Origin: Sphyrna mokarran
Taxonomy: Eukaryota
Direction: 5' to 3'
Assembly: GCA_024679065.1 (NCBI GenBank)
Contig: JAGIQG010000009.1
Location: forward strand, 75,516,001 to 75,580,000
DNA: 64,000 nucleotides
This document shows positions 35,490-45,732 of this stretch, piece after piece. Made by a program: the position numbers and the translations under genes. The notes below the pieces were generated by a model that was not told the DNA's origin, searched no databases, and saw only the letters and a list, made by a program, of their open reading frames with translations. Position 1 is the stretch's first letter. Each line of letters begins with the position of its first letter.

Positions 35490-38400
35490 GGGGAGTGAGG
35501 GTAAACTGTACTGGGTAAGGGGCAATAAGATTTTCCTGCAGTAGGTAAGGGGGGAGTGAGGTTTAACTGTATTAGGTAAGGGGGAGTGTCGGTTAACTGT
35601 ACTGAGTAAGGGTGAGTAAGGTTTAACTGTATTGAGTAAGGGGGAGTGAGATATAACTGTACTGGGTAAGGGAAAGTGAGGTTTAACTGTATTGAGTAAG
35701 GGGGAGTGAGGTTTAACTGTACTGGGTCAGGGGGAGTGAGGTTTAACTGTATTGAGTAAGGGGGAGTGAGGTTTAACTGTACTGGGTCAGGGGGAGTGAG
35801 GTTTAACTGTACTGGGTCAGGGGGAGTGAGGTTTAACTGTACTGGGTCAGGGGGAGTGAGGTTTAACTGTATTGAGAAGGGGGAGTGAGGTTTAACTGTA
35901 CTGGGTCAGGGGGAGTGGGTTTAACTGTACTGAGTAAGGGGGAGTGAGGTTTAACGTACTGGGTCAGGGGAGTGAGTTTAACTGTACTGGGTCAGGGGGA
36001 GTGAGTTTAACTGTACTGGGTCAGGGAGAGTGAAGTTTAACTGTACTGGGTCAGGGGGAGTGAGGTTTAACTGTACTGGGTCAGGGGGAGTGAGGTTTAA
36101 ATGTACTGGGTCAGGGAGAGGGAGAGTGAGGTTTAACTGTACTGGGGCAGGGGGAGTAAGGTTTAACTGTACTGGGTCAGGGAGAGTGAGGTTTAACTGT
36201 ATTGAGTAAGGGCGAGTGAGGTTTAACTGTACTGAGTAAGGGGGAGTGAGGTTTAACTGTACTGGGTCAGGGAGAGTGAGGTTTAACTATATTGAGTAAG
36301 GGCGAGTGAGGTTTAATTGTACTGGGTAAGGGTGAGCGAGGATTAACTGTATTGAGTAAGGGGAAGTGAGGTTTAACTGTACTGAGCCAGGGGAAGTGAG
36401 GTTTAACTGTACTGGGTAAGGCGGAGTGAGGTATAACTGTACTGGGTAAGGGGGAGTGAGGTTTAACTGTACTGAGTCAGGGTGAGTAAGGTTTAACTGT
36501 ATTGGGTAAGGCGGAGTGAGGTATAACTGTACTGGGTAAGTGGGAGTGAGGTTTAACTGTATTGAATAAGGGGAAGTGAGGTTTAACTGTACTGGGTCAA
36601 GGAGAGTGACGTTTAACTGTATTGGGTAAGAGCAAGTGAGGTTTAACTGTACTGGGTAAGGCGGAGTGAGGTATAACTGTACTGGGTCAGGGAGAGTAAG
36701 GTATAACTGTATTGAGTAAGGGGAAGAGAGGTTTAACTGTACTGTGTAAGGGGGAGTGAGGTTTAACTGTACTGTGTAAGGGGGAGTGAGGTTTAACTGT
36801 ACCGTGTAAGGGGGAGTGAGGTTTAACTGTACAGGGTCAGGGAGAGTGTGGTTTAACTGTATTGAGTAAGGATGAGTGAGGTTTAACTGTACTGGGTCAG
36901 GGAGAGTGAGGTTTAACTGTATTTAGCAAGGGGGAGTGAGGTTTAACTGTACTGGGTCAGGGAGAGTGAGGTTTAACTGTACTGGGTCAGGGAGAGTGAG
37001 GTTTAACTGTATTGGGTAAGGGGGAGTGAGGTTTAACTGTATTGGGTAAGGGGGAGTGAGGTTTAACTGTACTGGGTAAGGGGGAGTGAGGTTTAACTGT
37101 ATTGAGTAAGGGGGAGTGAGGTTTAACTGTACTGGGTCAGGGAGAGTGAGGTTAACTGTACTGGTCAGGAGAGTGAGGTTTAACTGTATTGAGCAAGGGG
37201 AGTGAGGTTTAACTGTATTGATAAGGGGGAGTGAGGTTTAACTGTACTGGGTCAGGGAGAGTGAGGTTAACTGTACTGGGTCAGGGAGAGTGAGTTTTAA
37301 CTATATTGAGTAAGGGAAGTGAAGTTAACTGTACTGGGTCAGGGAGAGTGAAGTTTAACTGTACTGGGTCAGGGAGAGTGAGAACTGTAGAGTAGGGTGA
37401 GTGAGGTTTAACTGTACTGGGTCAGGGAGAGTGAGGTTTAACTGTATTGAGTAGGGGGGAGTGAGGTTTAACTGTATTGAGTAAGGGGGAGTGAGGTTTA
37501 ACTGTACTGGGTCAGGGAGAGTGAGGTTTAACTGTACTGGGTCAGGGAGAGTGAAGTTGAACTGTACTGGGTAAGGGGGAGTGAGGTTTAACTGTATTGA
37601 GTAAGGGGGAATGAGATTTAACTGTACTGGGTAAGGGGGAGTGAGGTTTACCTGTATTGAGTAAGGGGAAGTGAGGTTTAACTGTACTGGGTCAGGGAGA
37701 GTGAGCTTTAACTATATTGAGTAAGGGGAAGTGAGGTTTAACTGTACTGGGTCAGGGGAAGTGAGGTTTAACTGTACTGGGTAAGGGGGAGTGAGGTATA
37801 ACTGTACTGGGTAAGGGGGAGTGAGGTTTAACTGCACTGGGTCAGGGTGAGTGACGTTTAACTGCACTGGGTCAGGGAGAGTGAGGTTTAACTGTATTGA
37901 GTAAGGGGGAGTGAGGTTTAACTGTATTGAGTAAGGGGGAGTGAGGTTTAACTGTATTGGGTAAGGGGGAGTGAGGTTTAACTGTATTGAGTAAGGGGGA
38001 GTGAGGTTTAACTGTACTGGGTAAGGGGGAGTGAGGTTTAACTGTATTGAGTAAGGGGAAGTGAGGTTTAACTGTACTGGGTCAGGGAGAGTGAGGTTTA
38101 ACTGTATTGAGTAAGGGGAAGTGAGGTTAACTGTACTGGGTCAGGGAAGTGAGGTTTAACTGTATATGGTAAGGGGAAGTGAGGTTAACTGTATTGAGTA
38201 AGGGAAGTGAGGTTTAACTGTACTGGGTCAGGGAGAGTGAGGTTTAACTGTATTGAGCAAGGGGGAGTGAGGTTTAACTGTACTGGGTAAGGCGGAGTGA
38301 GGTTTAACTGTACTGGGTAAGGCGGAGTGAGGTTTAACTGTATTGAGTAAGGAGGAGTGAGGTTTAACTGTACTGGGTCAGGGAGAGTGAGGTTTAACTG

Positions 38401-38545
38401 TATTGAGTAAGGGTGAGTGAGGTTTAACTGTATTGTATAAGGGCGAATGAGGTTTAACTGTACTGGGTCAGGGAGAGTGAGGTTTAACTGTATTGTGTAA
38501 GGGCGAATGAGGTTTAACTGTACTGGCTAAGGGGGAATGAAGTTT
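35490..38545. repeat. 30-bp G-rich minisatellite (GTGAGGTTTAACTGTACTGGGTCAGGGAGA)n
   Basis: About 100 tandem units in two main variants (..ACTGGGTCAGGGAGA and ..ATTGAGTAAGGGGGA). Confidence 0.98.
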
Positions 38546-38549
38546 CTCC

Positions 38550-39402
38550 ATATAGATTAAGGTTAAGTGAGTGGGCAAAAATCTAGCAAATGGAGTGTAA
38601 TGTGGACAAATGTGAAATTGCCCATTTTGGCAGGAAGATTTTAAAAAAGCTTATTATCTAAATTGTGAGATATTGGAGATCTGAGGAGCAGAGAAAGCTG
38701 GGTGTCCTAGTCCATGAAGCAAAAAAGGATAGTGCACAGATCCGGCAAGTAATTAGGAAAGCTATTTTATAATTTATGGTGAGGGGAACTGATCACAAAG
38801 TAGGGAGATTATGCTTTAGTTGTACAGGGCATTAGTGAGATTACACCTGACGTAATGTATACAGTATTAGCTTTATTTAAAAAAGGATGTAAATGTGTTA
38901 GAAGCAATTAAGAGAAGCTTTGGTGGACTAATACTAGAAATGGGTGGATTGTTTTAGGAGGAAAGGTGAGAGAGATTAGGTTTGTACTCATTAGAGTTTA
39001 GAAGAATAAGAGGCAACTTGATCAAAACCTTTATGATCCTGAGGGACATTGACAGGGTGGATGTGGAGAGTATGTTTCCTCATGTCGGTGAATCTAGAAA
39101 TGTTTAAAAATAAAGTGTTTGCTCATTTAAGGCGAAAATGAGGAGATTTTGTTTCTTTCAGAGGGTGGTGAGTCTTTGGAACTCTCTTCCTCCAAAGACA
39201 GTGGAAGCAGAGTCTTTGAATAGTTTTATGGCAGAGCTAGATAGATTCTTGATTAACAAGACAGGTTATCGGGGATCAGCAGAAATGTGGGATTAGGGTT
39301 ATAATCAAACCAACCATGATTTTATTAAATGGCAGTGCAGGCTCAAAGGGCCATGTAGCCTACTCTTGTTTCTAATTCATATGTTTAGTATGCATGTATG
39401 TT
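38550..39402 (+). mobile_element. Old CR1 LINE 3' fragment
   Basis: Decayed ORF2 (AATGTGGACAAATGTGAA, CAGAGGGTGGTGAGTCTTTGGAA) and 3' UTR with a (TATG)-type tail. Confidence 0.85.
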
Positions 39403-40182
39403 CATATAACAAATGATGATTGAGCCTTCATAGTAAAGACATAGGAAAATACGGAATAAAGAATTATTAAAAAACCTGCACCTTGCCTTTTTAATTAAAA
39501 TATGACATTAAAGAAGAGATTTATACAGGCATGTGAAGGAAACAAATTGATTTGACATCCTGCAACAGATAAGAAAAGAACAGTTTGTTTTCTATTGTCT
39601 GGGAATAATGCCCAAATTCTTTCTAATCCTTAAATGCAAATGTTCCTCTGCACCTCCCATCCTGTTCCTTGCAAAAACCTCACAGCGAGTCAACATAAGG
39701 GGAAAGCAGCTGGCATTTTCACAAACTTGTTCATTTCTATAAGTGAAATTGTTGATAATACTCTGCCAAATAGAAGACGATTATCTGTGCCTCGTGCTCA
39801 GAGGTGTGAAAAGTCTGTAAGGCCGGATGTATGGAGAAATAATTCCATAAACATCCCATTGGAATTCAACAAAAAGGGTGGGAATTCCACATCAATAAAA
39901 CAAGCTGCAAGATTGGCAGCAGAAATGTAAAACTAGAAATAAAAATGCTGCTGATTAGAAGGGGCTGGTCAGAATTCCCTCAAGCATGTCCAGTGTCAGC
40001 AGTATCTGAAAAACCACTTTGTAAATGAAATGTACAATCAGGCTCTCAGCAACATCAGCACTCAGGTACGCTAAATGCTGAATAAAGAGTATTATCAACA
40101 TCAATCTCTGTTACACACTCAGTTCACCTTGCACCTCATCAAACCATGGGGCCAAAGACCCTGCCTTTCAATCTGACTGTGA

Positions 40183-40395
40183 AAGTGTGACCCAGGTCCT
40201 GACTCTCTCTCTCTCTCTGTGTCTGACAGGGTGACCCAAGTTCTGACTTTCTCTCTATGCCTCAGTGTGACCTAAGTTCTAACTCTCTCTCTCTCTCTCT
40301 GTGTCTGACAGTATGACCCCAGTTCTGACTCATTCTGACAGGGTGACCCAGTTTCGGACTCTCTCTCTGTGTCTTGGACCATGTGATCCAGTTTC
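40183..40395. repeat. Degenerate tandem repeat (GTGACCCAG-TTCTGACTCTCTCT...)
   Basis: About six variable-length units with CT runs. Confidence 0.75.
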
Positions 40396-40557
40396 TCAGC
40401 ACCTAGCTACTTCTTTCTTATCCTAAATCTCCACACTTTCCTCACTCATGCCTGCACTGTTTTTATCTCTCAGCTTGTTTCTCACTTTCACCCATCGACT
40501 GCACACCAAATTCTCCCATCCTCCATCATGTCTTACTCTCTGATTACTTGACTGACA

Positions 40558-40613
40558 CAGTAAGAAGTCCCACAACACCAGGTTAAAGTCCAACAGGCTT
40601 ATTGAATGCTTTA
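40558..40613 (-). mobile_element. 56-bp Penelope terminal fragment with 13-bp TSD
   Basis: Reverse complement ...GTTGGACTTTAACCTGGTGTTGTGGGACTTCTTACTG matches 51610-51645. TACTTGACTGACA occurs at 40545-40557 and 40614-40626. Confidence 0.85.
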
Positions 40614-41620
40614 TACTTGACTGACAGCATGGATTTTCTGTTTAACGTCCTCAAGAATTGATGGGCTTCTATGTTTGATGTGGAGAATGTGTTCAAATGA
40701 ATCCATCCGAGAAACAGCTGGTGGGTCAGTTTAACTGAGTGGAAATGGTGCCAAATTGAAATTCATTTCATTTACTTCTTTACTTAGGAACGGTGAGTGG
40801 AATCGATAAGGGACTCCATTCATTGTTTCATTGGCTAACTAACTGTGATCATTTGCAATGGAGTGCTTTTGCCTTGTATGTTTGCAGCTGATGTACGAGT
40901 GTGTCCCATTGGAGCTGCACTTTGATTAATGGCAGTGCTGTGTTAGTTGGCTTTGTATTCACCTTTGTAACCTGATTTTAAATATGTTCCAGAATCAGTA
41001 GATCACAGTCCCTTCTGTTTGTAACCCTCCCCTATAAAGTGAACTTCAGAAAACCCAATGCAGCCATTTCATTCCAGGCTACACAAACTGCCCCAGTTTG
41101 ATGCTAATTGCACCATCTCTCACACAGGAAGGTCACAAGGATATTTGCACTTGAGCCTGCAACCTGAGATTGAGGCACACTGCTAGGGAGGATCAGAGGT
41201 CTAACTACACACAACAGATGAAGAGGTCTCGCAAGCTGATGTAATGGAACTGTTTTTTTCTAATTATCAGTGAATTGGAGGGTATCCCCCTCTTCATTCT
41301 GTTTGAGTTCAGCATGGGAATGTGAGGAGAGACAGCTCAGCCTGCACTAGACTCAGGGTAGAGCAGAGCTCAGCAGACATTCTGCTATTTGCTTGAACAG
41401 GGAAGGTAACACATCAGAGATTGTTGCATCTGTTGAAGATTAGTAGGAACACATTCTAAGGTGCTGCAATCTAAGCTTTGACAGGATTTCCCTCTAAGAA
41501 ACTTCAAAAACACAGACACAGGCATTATAGGTGATGTGGGCTTCACAACTCAATCAAAATGTGCCCCTGATCTTCCACATGAGGCCAGCAATGACTGAAT
41601 TTCAGCATTTCAGAATTTCA

Positions 41621-42946
41621 GGTATTGCTGCAACTGCCTCAGTACTCAATGCCAACAACTGCCAGTTTCCGGATGCAATTTTACAACTCATCCGCTTCAT
41701 CTTGGACCACAATGTCTTCACCTTCAACAATCAGCTTTTCATCCAGACACACGGAACAGCCATGGGGACCAAATTCGCACCTCAATATGCCAACATCTTC
41801 ATGCACAGGTTCGAACAAGACTTCTTCACCACACGAGATCTTCAACCAAGGTTATATACTAGATACATTGATGACATCTTTTTCCTTTGGACTCATGGTG
41901 AACAATCATTGAAACAACTGTATGATGATATCAACAAGTTCCATCCCACCATCAGACTCACCATGGACTATTCTCCAGAATCAGTTGCATTCTTGGACAC
42001 ACGCATCTCCATCAAGGACGGTCACCTCAGCACCTCACTGTACCGCAAACCGACAGACAACCTCACAATGCTCCACTTCTCCAGCTTCCACCCTAGACAC
42101 GTTAAAGAAGCCATTCCCTGTGGACAAGCCCTCCGTATACACAGAATTTGCTCAGATGAGGAGGATCGTGACAGACACCTCCAGACACTGAAGGATGCCC
42201 TCGTGAGAACAGGATATGGCACTCGACTCATCGATCGACAGTTCCGACGTGCCACAACGATAAACCGCACTGACCTCCTCAGAAGATGAACACGGGACAC
42301 GGTGGACAGAGTACCCTTTGTTGTCCAGTACTTACCCGGAGCGGAGAAGCTACGACATCTTCTCCGGAGTCTTCAACATATCATTGATGACGATGAACAT
42401 CTCGCTAGGGCCATCCCCACCCCCCCACTTCTTGCTTTCAGACAACCGCACAACCTCAAACAGATCATTGTTCGCAGCAAACTACCCAACCTTCAGGAGA
42501 ACAGTGACCACAATACCACACAACCCTGCCACAGCAACCTCTGCAAGACATGCTGGATCATAGACATGGACGACATCATCAAACGTGAGGATACCATTCA
42601 CCAGGTGCACGGTACATACTCTTGCAACTCGGCCAACGTTGTCTACCTAATACGTTGCAAGAAAGGATGTCCCGAAGCATGGTACATTGGGGAGACCATG
42701 CAGACACTACAACAGCGGATGAATGAGCATCGCTCAACAATCACCAGGCAAAACAGTTCCCTTCCTGTGGGCGAACACTTCAGCAGTCATGGGCATTCGG
42801 CCTCCGACCTGCGGGTAAATGTTCTTCAAGGGGGCTTTCGTGATATACGACAGCGCAGAGTCGCTGAGCAGAGACTGATAGCCAAGCTCCGCACACATGA
42901 GGACGGTCTTAACAGGGATCTTGGCTTCATGACACACTATCTGTAA
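41621..42946 (+). pseudogene. Penelope RT/GIY-YIG ORF broken by one in-frame stop
   Basis: ORFs 41531..42289 and 42302..42946 are in the same frame, separated by TGA at 42287-42289 (probably CGA>TGA). The first ~30 codons of the called ORF are flanking DNA. Confidence 0.9.
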
Positions 42947-43160
42947 CCCCCGTAACTTGCCTGGGTTAGCAAAAAACCTCACTTACTGTGCTGTCTGGAG
43001 AAAATACACAATTCTGTAACCAATGCTCAGGATTCCCTTCACACACATTGTTAGCCACTTTAACACTTGAATAGCAGGTTAGATGTAAGGATTCGCATTC
43101 TAATCAGCAATCTCTGACTGTCTGTGCTGATGTGTGCTATTGCAGACCAGAACACTGCAT

Positions 43161-43197
43161 TTGCCTGAGGAAGACACAGAGTGTTGAAAGCTCGCAA
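43161..43197 (+). ncRNA. Minimal type I hammerhead ribozyme motif in the Penelope terminus
   Basis: TTGC-CTGAGGA-A-GACAC aga GTGTT-GAAA-GCTC-GCAA: stem I TTGC/GCAA, both core boxes, stem II and palindromic AGCT stem III. Confidence 0.65.
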
Positions 43198-43371
43198 TTT
43201 TACTATCAAATAAATCGGTTGGATTAAAAATTGGTGTTGCTAAATTCTTACTGAATTTCAGCAAGTCAGGTACAGCCTTTTTAAAATTTAAACCATACTG
43301 GCCCGAGGCTGCTTCCCGACTGAAACTGTGAGGCAGTGGAGAAACAACTGTGCATGGGTCTAAGATCATCA

Positions 43372-43700
43372 TAGAGTCAGCATAGAATCCCTACAATGCA
43401 GAAGGAAGCCATTCGGCCCATCGCGTCTACATCGACAACAATCCCACCCAGGCCCTATCCCCATAATCCCACATATTTTGCCGGTTAACCCCTCTAACCT
43501 ACACATCCCGGGACAGTAAGAGGCAATTTAGAATGGCCAATCAACCTAACCTGCACATCTTTGGGAGGAAACGGGAGTATCCGGAGGAAACCCTCGCACA
43601 CACAGGGAGAACATGCAAACTCCACACAAACAGTGACCCAAGCTGGGAATCAAATTCAGGTCTCTAGTCTGTGAGGCAGCAGTCCTAACCACTGTGCCAC
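43372..43700 (-). mobile_element. HE1/V-SINE-type SINE
   Basis: Full reverse head (CTAACCACTGTGCCAC), V-domain and CATAGAATC tail. Confidence 0.88.
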
Positions 43701-44130
43701 ACAGAGCTTTTGACTATTGCCAAATGTCAATATTCAGAAGAGAACTTTCTCCTTCTGTGGCTGTGAATCTAATTTATTTCCGAGGGGGTTTGGGGTTGGG
43801 GTGAACTCGTCTCAGAGATGAGGGTCAGCTTGCTAACAGTCAATAGCTTGTCTTTTCATTTTGTGCTAACCCAACCAGGCAGCTGCACCAAATTCAAGCT
43901 TCCACAAGCAAACCTTTGCTTTAGGCTCCAGGTTTACAGAGAAATTGAGAAGCATTTTTCTTATTTAAAGTATCGAGGGGAATTGTAGTATCTGATTCAA
44001 TGAAGATCACAATTGTTCACTCTTCATTTCCCCATATTAGTTCAAATCCTGTTGATTTGAGCCAGTGCCTTGGTCTAATTGAACCTATATTCACACTGCT
44101 TTAAACACAGTAAAAATCATATTCTGAAAC

Positions 44131-44790
44131 ATGGGCCTGAATTTTCACACTCGCCATTGTGAGAATCAGCAGGTAACGTGTTCCCAGCAGTTCCGACAGT
44201 CCAACTGCCATCTCACACTCAACTGAGTATTGATTGGCATTAGGCAGTATTCCCAGCTGCACTGGGAGGCAAGTACCAACTCGGAGAGCTATCAACCAAT
44301 CAGACTGTCCATCATCTCTCTGGCCTGTTCAGGCACAGCAGTGCAGGGGCCAGAAGAGATACTGCAGTGCTGTACCTCAACCTAAGTCCTGGGACCGCAC
44401 TTAAGACAACTCCTAGGGGTTCCCAAGTTTGTGGGGATGGGAGGGCAGGGAATGCCCTAGGGAATCAAGAGGGGGCAATGCTATCTCAGGATGGGAGGGC
44501 TGAAGCTCCAAGGTTCCTGCAGGGCAGGTTCCCAAAATCTGAAATTGTCTTCTAATTAAGACGTTCTATCCAAGATGGAGATTCATTCGTTTTTCCGTTT
44601 CCCATACTGCTCTGAACCACACCCATCAGCTTAAAAATTGTGACTGGGTGGGGAAAGGTCCTTACTTGGCCATAAACTGTCTACTTATGGGCTTTAATGG
44701 GGAGATGATGGATTTCCTGCCCATTGTGTCTGGTTCAGGTTAGGTGGAATCCCAAAGGGTGTCAGAGAGAAAGATGCTCTCCAAATCATA
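44131..44790. mobile_element. Possible eroded non-autonomous DNA transposon
   Basis: Begins TGGGCCTGAATTTTC like the MITE-like termini elsewhere, with a GC-richer interior. Right end uncertain. Confidence 0.25.
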
Positions 44791-44824
44791 CAGGATGTAA
44801 GGTTTTATCGAATTATTGATTGAA

Positions 44825-45302
44825 ATGTTATTTAAATGCTGAGAGCTGGCAGAAGTGCAGAGGGATCCAGGTGTCCTAGAGTATGAATCACAAAAGGCTA
44901 GAATGCAGGTATAGCAAGTAATGAGGAAAACTAATTAAACATAATTGTTTTTTTGTGAGAGGAATTGAATAAAAAAGTAGGGAGGTTTTGCTTCAGTTGT
45001 ACAGGGCATTGATGAGATCACTGTATTGTGCACTGCGTTAATCTCTTTATTTAAGGAGGGGTGTAAACATGTTAGAAGCAGTTCAGTGAAGGTTTACCAC
45101 TGTAATACTAGGAATGAGTTGATTCTCTTTTGAGGAAAGTTTGTAGAGACCAAGCTTATGTCCACTTGAGTTTAGAAGAGGGAGAGGTGATGTGATTGAA
45201 ACATATGAGACCTTGAAGAATGCGGACAGGGTGGAGAGAAAATTTCCTCTTGTGAGAGGATCAAAAACTAGGGGTCATTGTTTAAAAATAAGGGGTTGCT
45301 TA
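44825..45302 (+). mobile_element. Old CR1 fragment
   Basis: RGDVIETYETLK...TRGHCLKIRG peptide. Similar to 38640-39130. Confidence 0.75.
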
Positions 45303-45489
45303 AAGAAACAAAAAGCTTTGATTTACACACCTAGATCCAAACTAACAAAAACAGATTTATTCTCAGACCTCTGGCCTATACAGAGTACAAAATGAAAGTA
45401 AAACAACACCCTGTGCAACATCCTAATAATATCACCACCAAATCACATGATTAGCTCTTCAAGCAATCTGCAACTACTTAAATAATTAA

Positions 45490-45732
45490 CAGTGATACTG
45501 GTGTTGATTTTCGTGATGGTGGTGGTAGTGGTGTTGATTCTGGTAGTATTTATGATGGTGAAGTTGGAAGAGATGGTGTCAATTCTGGTGGTGTTGTTGG
45601 AGGCGGTGGTGTTGATTGTGTTGCTGATGGTGATGGTGGTGTTGCTGTCGCTAGTGTTGTTGGTGTTATTTTTGTTGTTCTTGTTGTTGCTTGTGCTTGT
45701 GTTCTTGTTATTTTGCTGATGGAGGTGGTGTT
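45490..45732. repeat. (GTG/GTT/GAT)n degenerate trinucleotide tract; continues at 50083-50135
   Basis: Read directly. Split by the Gypsy insertion. Confidence 0.85.

Larger units (their letters stand above)
41621..43254 (+). mobile_element. 5'-truncated Penelope-like element (RT + GIY-YIG endonuclease) with 3' terminal repeat
   Basis: QTHGTAMGTKFAPQYAN, YTRYIDDIF, FLD and YRKPT (PLE RT); NVVYLIRC...YIGET...RMNEH (GIY-YIG). TSD-like ACTGAATTTCAGCA at 41594-41607 and 43250-43263. Confidence 0.96.

Noticed and set aside
35490-38545. CRISPR-like regular 30-bp periodicity
   Set aside because: Units are head-to-tail with no unique spacers, there are no cas genes, and the context is eukaryotic.
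41531-41620. Novel N-terminal extension of the Penelope RT
   Set aside because: It is flanking DNA, TSD and filler outside the element, with a GTG start that happens to be in frame.
45492-45719. Highly hydrophobic 75-aa ORF resembling a membrane protein
   Set aside because: Arises from a GTG/TTG trinucleotide tract that continues on the far side of the Gypsy insertion.
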